From NCBI GenBank assembly GCA_001829155.1, contig MIAO01000144.1:1-49765 (forward strand): 49,765 nt of DNA, read 5' to 3'. Source of the stretch: Spirochaetes bacterium GWB1_36_13 (GTDB lineage Bacteria; Spirochaetota; GWB1-36-13). A model generated the notes under the pieces. The model was not told where the DNA came from. It worked only from the letters and a program-made list of their open reading frames with translations, and made no database searches. Both the position numbers and the translations under genes were made by a program. Each line of letters starts with the position of its first letter. Positions within the stretch are counted from its first letter, which is position 1. Of this stretch, positions 25,987 through 36,897 are shown piece by piece.

Positions 25987-27005
25987 AAAAAATTTTAAAA
26001 CCTCTTATTTATCTCATTTCTTTAATCATTCTTTTTTCATTTATGATGTATGGGCTTGTGCTCTGGGAAGGGATAGAAGGCGTTACTTTTTTAAAATGCT
26101 GGTACATGCAGATTATTACCTTTTCTACCATAGGGTACGGCGATTTATTTGATTCATTTAAAAGCCAGTCTCTGACTACATTTAACACAATCACTATTTT
26201 CTTTTATATGATTGCAGTTGCTTATGCTGTTTCAAACTTTACCGCATTTTTAATTGAAGGAAGAATGAAACAGTATTTTTTTTATAAAAAAGTATTGAAG
26301 AGGATAAGTAAATTGGAAAATCATTATATTATCTGCGGAATACAGGATATTGGGTATTTTGTGGTTAAGGAACTCCATGAGACCAAGCGCCCTTTTGTGG
26401 TTATTGAAAAAGATTTGAACGAGCTTGAGGCGATTAAAAAAGAAATTCCGGATATTATTGCCATCAACGGCGATGAAACGGATGATACCATATTAATTCA
26501 AGCAGGCATCAAAAACGCAAAGGCATTGATTGCTTCCATTGAAACAGATAAAGACAATTTATTTCTTATTGTTACAGCAAAAGAACTCAATAAAAACATT
26601 GAGATTGCGTCCAAAGTCGTCAATCCTAAGCTGACCAAACGGTTTATTACCGCCGGAGCCAAATACTTTGTTTCTCCTTTTATGATCGGAGGGATGAGAA
26701 TCGCATCCGAGCTGATCCGGCCGCAGGTTGTATCTTTTCTGGATCGGATGCTTCGAAGCAAAAGCGCTGTGGGAGTCAGAGTGGAAGAAGTGGAGATTCC
26801 GGATCAGTCCAAATTTATCGGTAAAAATTTTATAGATGTTTTTAAAGAGTCGGGAATTCTTCCGATATCTTATTATAACCCTGAAAACCAAGATTTTGAA
26901 TATAATCCCGACCCTCATAAAACGATTATTGCTCATATGAAATTAATTTTTATTGCTACTCCGGATCAGCGCATTGCTTTAGAAAAAGCAGTCCATGGGG
27001 TGTAG
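25971..27005 (+). CDS. Potassium channel protein with TrkA-N/C (RCK) domains
   Basis: TFSTIGYGD selectivity filter, NHYIICG Rossmann-like RCK. Confidence 0.9.
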   Translation: MDKDLKKILKPLIYLISLIILFSFMMYGLVLWEGIEGVTFLKCWYMQIITFSTIGYGDLFDSFKSQSLTTFNTITIFFYMIAVAYAVSNFTAFLIEGRMKQYFFYKKVLKRISKLENHYIICGIQDIGYFVVKELHETKRPFVVIEKDLNELEAIKKEIPDIIAINGDETDDTILIQAGIKNAKALIASIETDKDNLFLIVTAKELNKNIEIASKVVNPKLTKRFITAGAKYFVSPFMIGGMRIASELIRPQVVSFLDRMLRSKSAVGVRVEEVEIPDQSKFIGKNFIDVFKESGILPISYYNPENQDFEYNPDPHKTIIAHMKLIFIATPDQRIALEKAVHGV

Positions 27006-27077
27006 AAAAAAAGTCTTTCCAAAAAAGTCTTTTTATAGTTAACTTTTATTCACTTTGAAATTATTTTCAGGATAAAA

Positions 27078-28121
27078 GTGATGAAAAAAAGTTTAAAATA
27101 TATTAAGAGTTTTTTGGTCTTTTTTTTTATTTCAGGCTTAAGCATCGGGGGTATTGCGTTTATTTATAAAAGCCCTCCCGATTTTTCAGGACTTTCGGCG
27201 TTTTCTATCGGCGCGGCATTTTTAATCAGTATTTTGAGTATTTATGTGGAAGGCGAGAGGATGCGGGTGATCGGCATCGCACTCAATAAAAAAATACCGC
27301 TTAAAGCCGCTTTGGAAAGCATTATGGGGCGGGAGCTCTTGTCTGCCATCACTCCTTTGGGCACAGGCGGGCAGCCTCTGGGGATTTATATTTTAAACCG
27401 CTACGGTTTCTCAATCGGGGAATCGGTTACGATATCTTATCTTGAAACTTTCTATACCCTTTTGGTGCTTTTTACGGCTGGAATTGTCAGCCTCATTGTT
27501 TACAGCGAAGTTTTGGAATCAGCTCTTTTATGGGGCTTTTTGGTCTGGAGTTTTGGTTCAATCCTTTATTTTTTCTTTTTTTCTTATTTTTCGATTTCAA
27601 AACCGAGAATTTTGAAAAAAATCGGGCTGAAAATTATTCAGTTTTTATCAAAAATTAAAATTATTAAACCCCACCGTATTTATTCTATCAAACAGCATAT
27701 GATCCGAGAGGTCAAGGTATTTCACACGCATATCAAAGACGCAATCAGGACGCACTGGTTTATCGTGATTCTTCTTTTTATTTTTTCACTCGCTTTTTGG
27801 GTGCTCCGCTTTCTTTCGGTTTATCCGATTGTTTTAGCTTTGGGATATAAAATATCGCTACTTGAACTCATTGCTTATCAAATGATTATTACTTCAGTGA
27901 ATTATTTTTCTGTGACTCCCGGGTCAAGCGGAACTACAGAAGGGCTTGGGTCTGTTTTATTCCGGGTTTTTATTCCTATCGAAGCAATACCCACCTTTAT
28001 CACGCTCTGGAGGTTTTTCAGTTATTATCTGATTATCTTCCTATCCGGCATTGGAAGTTTAAAAATAATCAGATTTTTTATTCAGGAAAAGAAAATTGAA
28101 TCGGATATAAATACAAAATAA
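27078..28121 (+). CDS. Lysylphosphatidylglycerol synthase TM / flippase-like membrane protein (UPF0104)
   Basis: AITPLGTGGQP, TPGSSGTTE, LWRFFSYY; multi-TM. Confidence 0.85.
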   Translation: MMKKSLKYIKSFLVFFFISGLSIGGIAFIYKSPPDFSGLSAFSIGAAFLISILSIYVEGERMRVIGIALNKKIPLKAALESIMGRELLSAITPLGTGGQPLGIYILNRYGFSIGESVTISYLETFYTLLVLFTAGIVSLIVYSEVLESALLWGFLVWSFGSILYFFFFSYFSISKPRILKKIGLKIIQFLSKIKIIKPHRIYSIKQHMIREVKVFHTHIKDAIRTHWFIVILLFIFSLAFWVLRFLSVYPIVLALGYKISLLELIAYQMIITSVNYFSVTPGSSGTTEGLGSVLFRVFIPIEAIPTFITLWRFFSYYLIIFLSGIGSLKIIRFFIQEKKIESDINTK

Positions 28122-28133
28122 AAAGGGATTTTT

Positions 28134-28898
28134 ATGATTCGGGAAAAAATAGTTTTAAAAAGTAAAAAAGAACTTGAGATTATGAGAGAGAATGGAAGGG
28201 TCATCGCAGAAATATTTGAAAAAGTCAAAGCTGTTATTGCTCCCGGAATATCAACTTATGATATTGATCAGATAGCCGAAGAATATATGCTTTCTAAAAA
28301 CGGCATTCCTTCTTTTAAAGGTTATGAAGGATATCCGGCCGCCACCTGCATCTCGATTAATGAAGTCGTGATCCATGGAATCCCTGAAAAAAACCGCCTT
28401 CTTCAAGAAGGGGATATTGTCGGGATAGATTTGGGGTTTTTCAGGCAAAACCTTCATGTGGACTCTTCTTTCACTTACCAGATTGGAAAGATTGATCCTT
28501 TAAAAGAAAAACTCTGCGCTGTTACAAAAGAATCCCTCAAGCTGGGAATAGCCAATGCCCGTTCAGGAAAGACATTGTTTGATATTTCAAATGCGATTCA
28601 GACCCATGTGGAGCAGGCTGGTTTTTCAGTGGTCAGAGAATTTGTCGGACATGGTGTGGGTAAAAAACTCCATGAACCTCCCCAAATTCCAAACTACCGT
28701 AAACATGGGCTTTCTAAAATCAGACTCATGCCGGGAATGACTTTAGCCATTGAACCCATGGTCAATACGGGAACGGCGGATATTATTGTCAAAGACGACG
28801 GTTGGACAATCTGTACGGCAGACGGCAAGCCTTCTGCACACTATGAGCATACGGTTGCGATTACAGAAACAGGTCCGTTGATACTGACAGCTTTGTAA
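28134..28898 (+). CDS. map: Methionine aminopeptidase type I
   Basis: CISINEVVIHGIP, GHGVG..LHEPP, LAIEPM, SAHYEHT. Confidence 0.97.
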   Translation: MIREKIVLKSKKELEIMRENGRVIAEIFEKVKAVIAPGISTYDIDQIAEEYMLSKNGIPSFKGYEGYPAATCISINEVVIHGIPEKNRLLQEGDIVGIDLGFFRQNLHVDSSFTYQIGKIDPLKEKLCAVTKESLKLGIANARSGKTLFDISNAIQTHVEQAGFSVVREFVGHGVGKKLHEPPQIPNYRKHGLSKIRLMPGMTLAIEPMVNTGTADIIVKDDGWTICTADGKPSAHYEHTVAITETGPLILTAL

Positions 28899-28907
28899 TT
28901 GAGATGA

Positions 28908-29618
28908 ATGATGAAAATTCTACTGCTTTCCGGGTTGTTTTTCTTCTCTTCCTGTTCTCTTCTCCCCACTGCGCTTCCTGAGAAAATGCCTGATGATTTT
29001 TTTGTCTATTATCATTTATCGGGCGGGATGCTCGATTATAGTGAAGATTTTAAACTTTCTATCAAAGAAGGGCTTTATCAGGTTTCAGAGGGGGGAAAGA
29101 TGTCCCGTATTGATTTTACATTATCTATTCAAGAATTGCAAAAAATCTATCAGTCTTTTTATCAGAACAGTTTCGACAGGATAGGGACGAGTACTCAGGA
29201 AGTCTATGACAGAGGCGGAGTCTCAATTTCACTTCAGGCAGAAGGAGAATCCTATTTTGTCAGCAATTCCGGGATTTATTTTGTTTCTTCTTTCTCGAAA
29301 GATGATTGGTATCGAATCGTCAGCATGTTTCATGAAAAAATTAGAAATCTCAAAAGAACAAAAGGATTAAAGGTAGAGTTTGTACTGGATGACTCTATCA
29401 AAAATTTGAAAGGATTTTATTTTGGATTAGGAACAGACCCTTTTGCTGAAAAAGTTGGTTTGGATTCTTATGTTTTTTATATTTTAAAAGGTGTTGTTCG
29501 TTTTTATCTTTATTTCGAAGGGATTGGAGGCATATTTCAAAAAAATCTCAATATCCAGAAAGATAGCCGCTTTCGGGTATTGTATCAGAAAGGAAGTGTT
29601 TTCATAGAACCGTTTTAA
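28908..29618 (+). CDS. Putative lipoprotein
   Basis: Lipobox FSSC; no recognised domain. Confidence 0.7.
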   Translation: MMKILLLSGLFFFSSCSLLPTALPEKMPDDFFVYYHLSGGMLDYSEDFKLSIKEGLYQVSEGGKMSRIDFTLSIQELQKIYQSFYQNSFDRIGTSTQEVYDRGGVSISLQAEGESYFVSNSGIYFVSSFSKDDWYRIVSMFHEKIRNLKRTKGLKVEFVLDDSIKNLKGFYFGLGTDPFAEKVGLDSYVFYILKGVVRFYLYFEGIGGIFQKNLNIQKDSRFRVLYQKGSVFIEPF

Positions 29619-29630
29619 TGAGGAGGAAGT

Positions 29631-30056
29631 ATGGAAAATGAGATTCGCTGGCATCAGAAGTTTTCTTTTTTTTTCTCTGCCTTTGCGATTGAATTCCTGA
29701 TTATTTTTCTTGGCTGGCGCTATGCCGGAAAATACCATGATTCCGAGGAATCTTTCCTGATCTGGCTTGGAGCGGGAAGTTTTTTTATGATTATTTTTGG
29801 AAGTCTCTGGGATAATTTCGGGAGAAAACTATTGACCGTTATAGGGCTTTTTTTCAGTTGTCTCTTAGGGTTTGCAGGAGGATTAGGGTATTTTGACAGA
29901 GAGTTTTTTCAAAGAGTTTTAAGCGGCTCCTATCTGGATGATATGGCTGCTTTTTTTGTTTTTATTTTCGCTTCCAACCTCCTTGGTTTGCTGCTCGGGT
30001 TCTGGATTCACCATTTAGTCGGAAGCGCCCGGATAAAAAGAGAAAGTATAAAATAA
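29631..30056 (+). CDS. Small membrane protein
   Basis: Four hydrophobic segments; GGAGG RBS. Confidence 0.7.
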   Translation: MENEIRWHQKFSFFFSAFAIEFLIIFLGWRYAGKYHDSEESFLIWLGAGSFFMIIFGSLWDNFGRKLLTVIGLFFSCLLGFAGGLGYFDREFFQRVLSGSYLDDMAAFFVFIFASNLLGLLLGFWIHHLVGSARIKRESIK

Positions 30057-30060
30057 AATT

Positions 30061-30402
30061 TTAAGATAATAGATTCGTTCTCATGGCAGAAATAAAATCA
30101 TTGAGTTCTCGAATCGTTTTAATTTTATCTTTAATGCTTTCGTAATCTATAAATTCAAGCCCGAAAAAGAAAATTCCTGTTTTCTCGCTGACCCAGACAA
30201 TAGTTGCGTCAATTGTAATTTCAGACATCACATTGGTCGGACAGCTGACATGAATCGAGACGCGGTCGTTTTCTTCCCCGATTTTTTTGGAAGAAGCCGC
30301 TTTGATTCCAGTTTCGCTCATATCGCCGATATAAATCGTTTCTCCTTTAATTTCACCGATTAAAAATGCTTCGTCTCTTGATGAATGTCTTCTTTCGCTC
30401 AT
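30061..30402 (-). CDS. PilZ domain protein
   Basis: ERRHSSR (RxxxR) and DMSETG (DxSxxG), GLEF. Confidence 0.82.
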   Translation of the reverse strand: MSERRHSSRDEAFLIGEIKGETIYIGDMSETGIKAASSKKIGEENDRVSIHVSCPTNVMSEITIDATIVWVSEKTGIFFFGLEFIDYESIKDKIKTIRELNDFISAMRTNLLS

Positions 30403-30516
30403 TTTTTTCCCTGCCTTTCATGTTATATCAAAAGTATTTTTTTTTAAATCTCTATTTTAATTGAAAACAAATAAAGATTTAGATAAATTTAGTTAAAAAT
30501 TTTTTATGAGGAAACA

Positions 30517-30912
30517 ATGAGTAATTATTTTATCGAAGATAAAGATAAAATCAATACGGTTTTAGAAACTGAAACAGAGCTGGAAGGAGAATTGTTTTTT
30601 AAAACTTCTCTTAAGATAAAAGGAAAATTCAGGGGAACAATCCGCACACAGGGACTTCTTTATGTTGAAAAAGACGCCGAGGTCGAAGCGGACATTATTG
30701 CAAAAGATCTTGTGATTTCAGGGATCGTAAAAGGAAATGTGTTGACAACCAATAAAATTGAAATCGAGGCGACAGGAAAACTCTATGGAGATATTAAAAC
30801 CTATAAACTGAAAATAGCGGATGGAGTTTTTTTTGACGGCAACTGCGAGATGCTGAGTCAAGACGAGCTGGAAAAATTAATTCAAACTGAAAATTTGAAA
30901 CCAAATCCGTAA
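30517..30912 (+). CDS. Bactofilin (polymer-forming cytoskeletal protein)
   Basis: LKIKGKFRG, ADI...V.ISG.VKGNV, L.IADGVFFDGNCEM. Confidence 0.9.
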   Translation: MSNYFIEDKDKINTVLETETELEGELFFKTSLKIKGKFRGTIRTQGLLYVEKDAEVEADIIAKDLVISGIVKGNVLTTNKIEIEATGKLYGDIKTYKLKIADGVFFDGNCEMLSQDELEKLIQTENLKPNP

Positions 30913-30997
30913 AATTAAAATAAAATTTCTCATTTTGACCTTTTTCTGATTAATTTTGTTTCGATAAAAAATAATTCATTTAATAGAAGGAGAGGCT

Positions 30998-31621
30998 ATG
31001 AAGAAAATTTTTTTAATGGGGCCGCAGGGAGCAGGGAAAGGAACTGTTGCGGCTGTTATCAAAGATAAACTAAAAATCCCTCATATTTCAATGGGAGATA
31101 TTTTCAGAGAAACGGTCAAAAGTAATTCCCCTCTAGGAAACAAATTAAAAGAAATCATGGAAAAGGGCGAACTGGTGCCGATTGAGATTACTGCTCAGAT
31201 GCTGAAAGAGAGATTAAATCAGGAAGACTGTAAAAACGGCTATCTTTTAGACGGTTATCCGAGAAATTTGGAACAGGCTGAAATCCTGGATAATATTCAT
31301 TCGGTAGATAAGGTATTGGTGATTGAAGTGGATAAAAAGATTTCTTTAGAGAGACTGACCAATCGAAGACAATGCAGAAAATGCGGCGCAATTTTTAATA
31401 TTAAAACCATGCCTACCAAAAAAGATAAAGTCTGTGATGCCTGCGGGGGAGAGCTTTATCAAAGAGAAGATGATAAAGAAGAGGCGATTGTGAAAAGACT
31501 TGAAATTTATGATATTGAAACCACACCTTTAATTGAGCGTTATAAAAGCAAAGTAGTCAAAATCAACGGGACATTACCTGTTGATAAAGTGGCGGAAGTG
31601 ATTCTGAATTCTATAAATTAA
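30998..31621 (+). CDS. adk: Adenylate kinase
   Basis: GPQGAGKGT, HISMGDIFR, LDGYPR, zinc LID CRKC...CDAC, QREDD. Confidence 0.97.
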   Translation: MKKIFLMGPQGAGKGTVAAVIKDKLKIPHISMGDIFRETVKSNSPLGNKLKEIMEKGELVPIEITAQMLKERLNQEDCKNGYLLDGYPRNLEQAEILDNIHSVDKVLVIEVDKKISLERLTNRRQCRKCGAIFNIKTMPTKKDKVCDACGGELYQREDDKEEAIVKRLEIYDIETTPLIERYKSKVVKINGTLPVDKVAEVILNSIN

Positions 31622-31629
31622 AAATCAAT

Positions 31630-31668
31630 AGGAAGTATCCAAAAAAAATTGGATACTTCCTCTTTTTC
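31630..31668. terminator. Intrinsic terminator between convergent genes
   Basis: aggaagtatccaa/ttggatacttcct perfect stem followed by T-rich run. Confidence 0.75.
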
Positions 31669-31694
31669 TTTTAATTGATTCTTAGAAATTGAAA

Positions 31695-33536
31695 CTACTC
31701 GAGTACTTCCATTCCCAAAATACAGATATCATCGCTCATATTTTTTTTGGTTGTCGAAAATGCGATGAGTTCATGATAAATATTTTGAATCAATTCTTTG
31801 ATTGGAAGAGCGTGGTATTTTAATAAAACTTCGGCAAATATTTTTTCAAACTTGATATGAGCATTGTTTCTGACATCGGTCAATCCGTCAGTATAAAATA
31901 TGACTTTATCATCTTTTTCAAGCTTGAATTCTTTTTCTTCCAGTTTGATTTTTTCAAAAATACCGAGAATGCTTCCCTTGCCGTTTAAATAAATCAATTC
32001 TTTTTTTCTGATAATAATGGGGTAAGGATGCGCTGCTCTGGCGTATTTAAAAATTTTGGTATCAATGTTATAAACTCCGTAAAAAGCTGTCAAATAATAT
32101 TCGCTTGTTTTATCTTGAAGTTTTTCATTTAAATAAGTAAAAAGCCCTACAGGGTTCAGTTTATGACCGCCTGAATTATCCAAAATAATTTTCACCATAC
32201 TGGTGATCAGGGCGGAAGGAACCCCATGCCCCGAAATGTCGCTGATAAAGATACCAATCAGCTCCCGTTCCCTGAGACGGATAAAATCATATAAATCTCC
32301 TCCGATTTCTTCCATAGGTTCGTAAAGAGACGCAAAATTGACTTTCCCAAGATTCGGAAATTGAGAGGGAAGAAGATTTTTTTGGATATTTCTAGCGAGG
32401 ATCATCTCATTTTTGATTTGAGTATTTTGTTTTTCAATGACTGCGTAAAGTTCTCTGTTTTTTAGAATAGAGGGGATGAATGAGCAGATATTAGTAATCA
32501 TCTCAATATCGATTTCCCCAAGTTTTATCTCATGGGAAAAATTCCAGAGCTGAAGCACCCCAATGGATTGGGTCTGATCCGCTATAGGGATAATCAGAAT
32601 ACTTTTGAGTTGTTTATCCGTCATTTCAAGAGCAATGCGGTCTTTTTCGCGCATCTTGACTCTTTGAATAGCCTGCACATCGCTGATATAATAAGGGCTG
32701 TTGTTAAAAAACGCTTCACAGGCGAGGGTTTGAGATGGTTCGTGAGGATTTAAAGAGGGAGCGTTCTCAAAGTTTTGAAAGTAGTCAATCTGCTGCTGAA
32801 TAATGAATTCATAATCAGGGTGAGACGAATAACCGTCTATCGTAATCAATTTATTGTTATTCACTATCTGAATAAAGCCGAGATCGAAATTAAAAAAACT
32901 AATAAACTGTTCAATCAAAATCCGGTAAAGTTTATGAAAAGATTCAATCTTATTCAGATTGGCTGAAATAGAAAGGAGCTGTTTGTATTTTTCCCTGATA
33001 ATAATAGCTTCGTCTTTCTTTTTACGGATATTTTCTTCTTGAAGCAGAATGGCTGCCGGATAATAAAAAATATCCAACAAGAGCTGAATCGTCAGTTCAG
33101 TATCGATGGAGAATTTTTTTTTGTTATTAAAAATTTGGAGGATACCCAAGTTTTTTTCGCTTTTTTTCCCGATCGGAAAATAATAAGCCTGCTCAATATC
33201 CCAAAGTTCAAACCTTTGACGGATATAAGAGTCTTCTGCAAGAGATCTTTTATGGATATTCAGGATTTTATTATTTTCAATGCATTCAGTCAAATGAGGG
33301 TGAAGAGAATAGTGAACTCTTGAATGAAGGTAAATGGATTCTGTCTGTTTTAAATTTTTCGGAAGATGAATGTAGGAAAGATTTAAGTACTGATTTTCTT
33401 CTAAAAGATAAATCACAATTCCGTCACAGTTCACTGTTTTTTTAGCCTCTTCCTTTAAAAAATCAAAAATCTCGTCAATTGTTTTTGTTTGTGTTAAGCT
33501 TTCTTCGATTTGAGATTTTTTTTCGAGACTTAGCAT
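31695..33536 (-). CDS. GAF-GAF-SpoIIE/PP2C phosphatase
   Basis: IGGDLYD, SDISGHG, AAHP, YTDGLTD, DDIC; two GAF-like N-terminal regions. Confidence 0.88.
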   Translation of the reverse strand: MLSLEKKSQIEESLTQTKTIDEIFDFLKEEAKKTVNCDGIVIYLLEENQYLNLSYIHLPKNLKQTESIYLHSRVHYSLHPHLTECIENNKILNIHKRSLAEDSYIRQRFELWDIEQAYYFPIGKKSEKNLGILQIFNNKKKFSIDTELTIQLLLDIFYYPAAILLQEENIRKKKDEAIIIREKYKQLLSISANLNKIESFHKLYRILIEQFISFFNFDLGFIQIVNNNKLITIDGYSSHPDYEFIIQQQIDYFQNFENAPSLNPHEPSQTLACEAFFNNSPYYISDVQAIQRVKMREKDRIALEMTDKQLKSILIIPIADQTQSIGVLQLWNFSHEIKLGEIDIEMITNICSFIPSILKNRELYAVIEKQNTQIKNEMILARNIQKNLLPSQFPNLGKVNFASLYEPMEEIGGDLYDFIRLRERELIGIFISDISGHGVPSALITSMVKIILDNSGGHKLNPVGLFTYLNEKLQDKTSEYYLTAFYGVYNIDTKIFKYARAAHPYPIIIRKKELIYLNGKGSILGIFEKIKLEEKEFKLEKDDKVIFYTDGLTDVRNNAHIKFEKIFAEVLLKYHALPIKELIQNIYHELIAFSTTKKNMSDDICILGMEVLE

Positions 33537-33549
33537 AAAGACCTCATTT

Positions 33550-34590
33550 TTATTTCAAAGTTTTAAAATTGTAGGGAGGGTAAAAAATACCTTTATTGGT
33601 AATAATGCCTGTAATCAGAGAGGCTGGAGTAACATCAAAAGCGGGTGAAAAAACATCGACATTCAATGGCGCTGTCTGGGTCTTGGAGTTGAAAAAAATA
33701 ACCTCATCCCTGCTTCTGAATTCAATCGGGATTTCATTTCCGGTTTTAATGTTAAAATCAAAAGTCGATACAGGAGCCGCAATATAAAAGGGAATCTTAT
33801 GATAAGAAGCCAGTACTGCCAGCTGATAAGTGCCGATTTTATTGGCGCTGTCCCCGTTGAGAGCAATTCGATCGGCGCCTGCGATAATCAAATCTATTTT
33901 TTTTGATTTCATTAAAGCTCCCGCCATATTATCGGTCAAAAGAGTAGTTTTGATGCCTGATTTCAGAAGTTCATAAGCGGTCAATCTTGAGCCTTGGAGA
34001 AGAGGGCGGGTTTCCAGAGGAAAAACTTCAATTTTTTTCCCCCTGTCGTGGGCTAGATAAAAGCCTGATAAAGCAGTTCCAAGCCCTGATGTGGCAAGTC
34101 CTCCGGCATTACAGATTGTCATTGCGTTTATTTCAGATTTGTCTTTCATGAGCGAGTAGGCGTGTTCGCCGATTTCAAGACACATTTGATAGTCTTCTTC
34201 TTCAATTTTGACAGCTTCCTGAAAAAGTTTTTCTTTGATAGTTTCCAGATTGCTTTCTGTTTCAATGAGTTTTTGAAAGTATTTTTTCATCCTCTCTAAA
34301 GCCCAGAAAAGATTGACCGCAGTCGGCCGGGTTGATTTTAAGACTTCAAAGGCTTTATTGAATTCTTTGATGATTCCAATTTTTTCCTTAAAAGGATTGA
34401 TATGAACAACAAGACCATAGGCAGCAGCAATTCCGATTGCGGGAGCTCCCCGGACTACTAGGCGTTTTATGGCATCTTCCATTTGTTCTAATGTCGTAAT
34501 CTGAATATAAATTTCTTCTTCAGGTAGCTGTGTCTGGTCAATGAGCCTGACAAAATTACGAAATCCTTCAACCGGTTTAAAATTAATCAT
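33550..34590 (-). CDS. mtnA: S-methyl-5-thioribose-1-phosphate isomerase
   Basis: DQTQLP, VRGAPAIG, RPTAVNL, CNAGGLAT, ETRPLLQGSRLT, NKIGTY. Confidence 0.95.
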   Translation of the reverse strand: MINFKPVEGFRNFVRLIDQTQLPEEEIYIQITTLEQMEDAIKRLVVRGAPAIGIAAAYGLVVHINPFKEKIGIIKEFNKAFEVLKSTRPTAVNLFWALERMKKYFQKLIETESNLETIKEKLFQEAVKIEEEDYQMCLEIGEHAYSLMKDKSEINAMTICNAGGLATSGLGTALSGFYLAHDRGKKIEVFPLETRPLLQGSRLTAYELLKSGIKTTLLTDNMAGALMKSKKIDLIIAGADRIALNGDSANKIGTYQLAVLASYHKIPFYIAAPVSTFDFNIKTGNEIPIEFRSRDEVIFFNSKTQTAPLNVDVFSPAFDVTPASLITGIITNKGIFYPPYNFKTLK

Positions 34591-35377
34591 GGTGAGACCT
34601 CTCCTCTCGAATTCTTTTCAAAGTTTTTTTTAAGAAAGCTTCATATTTTTTTGCGTGAACTTTATATAAAATACTGGATAAAATTAAAAGCAAAAACAAT
34701 AAAAGAGAAATAAGTAGCATAAAAGCAGTACTGGAAAAATCAATGCCGAGAAAATAAAGCGGGTATTGATTGACCACTTGAAAGAGATAAAAGTCAATTT
34801 TTTTATTAAAAACAATAAAAAAAGGGAGAAAGATAAAAATCATGGTAATAGCCGAAAGATCCCTGTAAATCAAAAGCCATTTAAATTGTTTCATATAAGG
34901 AAATTTTTTAAGGAAACGGTTTTTTATTTGAAGAAGAAAAAAATAGCTCATGATAGAAGGATAAAGAGGAAGAGTGTTAAATAAAATAAAAAATGTATTA
35001 ATAACCCAGAAATAAAGTATAAAATTCTCGCTCCAGAAAATCAATGCCGGATAATTTAATTTGATCAGGAGAAGCAGGAAAAAATTAAGAGAAAGGGTAA
35101 ATCCAAGAGAAGCTATTTTTACCGGAGATTCTTCTATTTCATCCAGAAAAGCTTTTGAAGTATTTCTGAGAAACCCGATCGGAACTCCTAATAAAACCGT
35201 TGAAGTAATCGGAAGGATGATCCCTGTAAAGACGGGAAGCTGCTGAATGGGATTAAATTTTTTCTCACTGCTGAATGAAAGGCGGGTTATTTTGAGAAAA
35301 ATATGAGAAAAAAAAGAATAAATGCAGGCGATAATAAAGAAAAAGCCTATTTTTGCGATTATGTCAATCATTACCAT
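34583..35377 (-). CDS. Membrane protein, possibly a degenerate site-2 protease (M50)-like
   Basis: Multi-TM; FNPIQQL and LFNTLPLYP resemble M50 motifs but no HExxH. Confidence 0.55.
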   Translation of the reverse strand: MVMIDIIAKIGFFFIIACIYSFFSHIFLKITRLSFSSEKKFNPIQQLPVFTGIILPITSTVLLGVPIGFLRNTSKAFLDEIEESPVKIASLGFTLSLNFFLLLLIKLNYPALIFWSENFILYFWVINTFFILFNTLPLYPSIMSYFFLLQIKNRFLKKFPYMKQFKWLLIYRDLSAITMIFIFLPFFIVFNKKIDFYLFQVVNQYPLYFLGIDFSSTAFMLLISLLLFLLLILSSILYKVHAKKYEAFLKKTLKRIREERSHHD

Positions 35378-35387
35378 CTGGACACCT

Positions 35388-36023
35388 TTATTCAGTGAAA
35401 ATACTATGAGCTAAATCAGAAAGTTCTTTTTTAATCTTTGTCTGGGATTTTAAATAAATCCGAGTCTCAAGATCAAGAAGAAAATTATCAACCGCTGCTT
35501 TAAAATCTTCTTTATTTATTTTTAATTCATGGGTTAAAAAATAAATCATTTCCAGAGCCTGTTTAATTTTATCAATATCCCGGTAGTAAAGCTGGAATGA
35601 AATCTCATTCACAATATCTTGTGAAAAAGTTCCCTGTCCCAGCTGCTCAAGGAATTTTTTTAATTTATTTTCTTTTTTGAGTTTAGTAAATGTGATAATG
35701 AGGGGGTCTAAAAAGTTTGGTTTTTTTCTTTTTAAAAATTTTTCATAAAAAGTTTCAGCCATTTTTTCATGATCCAGATCTGAATCTGAAAGCAGCTCAA
35801 AAACTCTTAAAGAAACCGCAAAACGGGCAGCGACTTTTTGGATATCAATATTTTCATGATGGAGAGCTTTATCCAGATAAGGCACAAGGAGCTCTTCTTT
35901 GATCTGCTTTCCATAAGGTTCGGTCGTCATAAAAGTAAGGGTGGAAAGGCTTTGTTTCCAGTCAGAAGGATCGTGGCTTTTTTCAAGCCCTTCGACGACC
36001 CATTGAAATTCTTTCAAAATCAC
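35388..36023 (-). CDS. Hypothetical protein
   Basis: 211-aa ORF in operon orientation, GGAG RBS. Confidence 0.7.
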   Translation of the reverse strand: MILKEFQWVVEGLEKSHDPSDWKQSLSTLTFMTTEPYGKQIKEELLVPYLDKALHHENIDIQKVAARFAVSLRVFELLSDSDLDHEKMAETFYEKFLKRKKPNFLDPLIITFTKLKKENKLKKFLEQLGQGTFSQDIVNEISFQLYYRDIDKIKQALEMIYFLTHELKINKEDFKAAVDNFLLDLETRIYLKSQTKIKKELSDLAHSIFTE

Positions 36024-36102
36024 GCAAACTCCAATTGTTTTTATAGAATAAATTTAAAAAAAAATCCCCTTTCTTCAAAATAAATGAATTCTATTCTCTT
36101 GC

Positions 36103-36897
36103 TCAATGGCAGACTTTTGCCAGAGAAAGAAAAAAAGTCTTTAATTCTTCAAAAGGGCTCTGATTTTTCAAGTCATTTTCCATTCGATTGATTAAGGCGC
36201 TGCCGACGATAAACCCATCCAGATGACTGTAATATTTTTGAATCATTTCAGGGGATGAAATTCCAAATCCAAGCGCGACAGGAAGGCGAATCGTTTTTTT
36301 GACTTCCTGAATTTTTTCAATCAACCCCTCATCCAGATTTTTTCTCTCCCCTGTTACTCCCGCCACTGAAACCATGTAAATAAAACCTTCTGCGAATTTT
36401 TGGATAGCATGAAGCCTTTTTTGATTGGTCACCGGAGTAGCCAGAAAAATAGAAATAATTTCTTGGTTTTTAAGAGCCTTGTAAAAAGGAGTTGCTTCTT
36501 CAGGGGGTAAATCAACGCTAAGAATCCCATCCACTCCTGATGCTTTCGCGTCTTTTGCGAACTTTTCAAATCCGTATGAGAAAAAAGGATTCAAGTATCC
36601 CATCAAAATAATGGGAGTAGAATATTTCTTTTTAAAATTTGAAACCAGGTTTAAAATTTTTTTAAGAGAAATTGAGTTTTTGAGGGCGCGCTCCATAGCA
36701 GCCTGAATCACCGGTCCGTCAGCCATAGGATCTGAAAAAGGAACTCCGATTTCAATTATATCTGCGCCGTTTGAAGCGTATAGCTCTAAAATTTTTTCTG
36801 TTGTTTCAATATCAGGATCCCCGGCGGTCAAATAGGGAATAAAAGCTTTTTGATTTTTCTTTAAAAGCTCTTCAAAGACTTTTGTGATTTTGTTCAT
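36103..36897 (-). CDS. trpA: Tryptophan synthase alpha chain
   Basis: [35 protein letters not shown]. Confidence 0.97.
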   Translation of the reverse strand: MNKITKVFEELLKKNQKAFIPYLTAGDPDIETTEKILELYASNGADIIEIGVPFSDPMADGPVIQAAMERALKNSISLKKILNLVSNFKKKYSTPIILMGYLNPFFSYGFEKFAKDAKASGVDGILSVDLPPEEATPFYKALKNQEIISIFLATPVTNQKRLHAIQKFAEGFIYMVSVAGVTGERKNLDEGLIEKIQEVKKTIRLPVALGFGISSPEMIQKYYSHLDGFIVGSALINRMENDLKNQSPFEELKTFFLSLAKVCH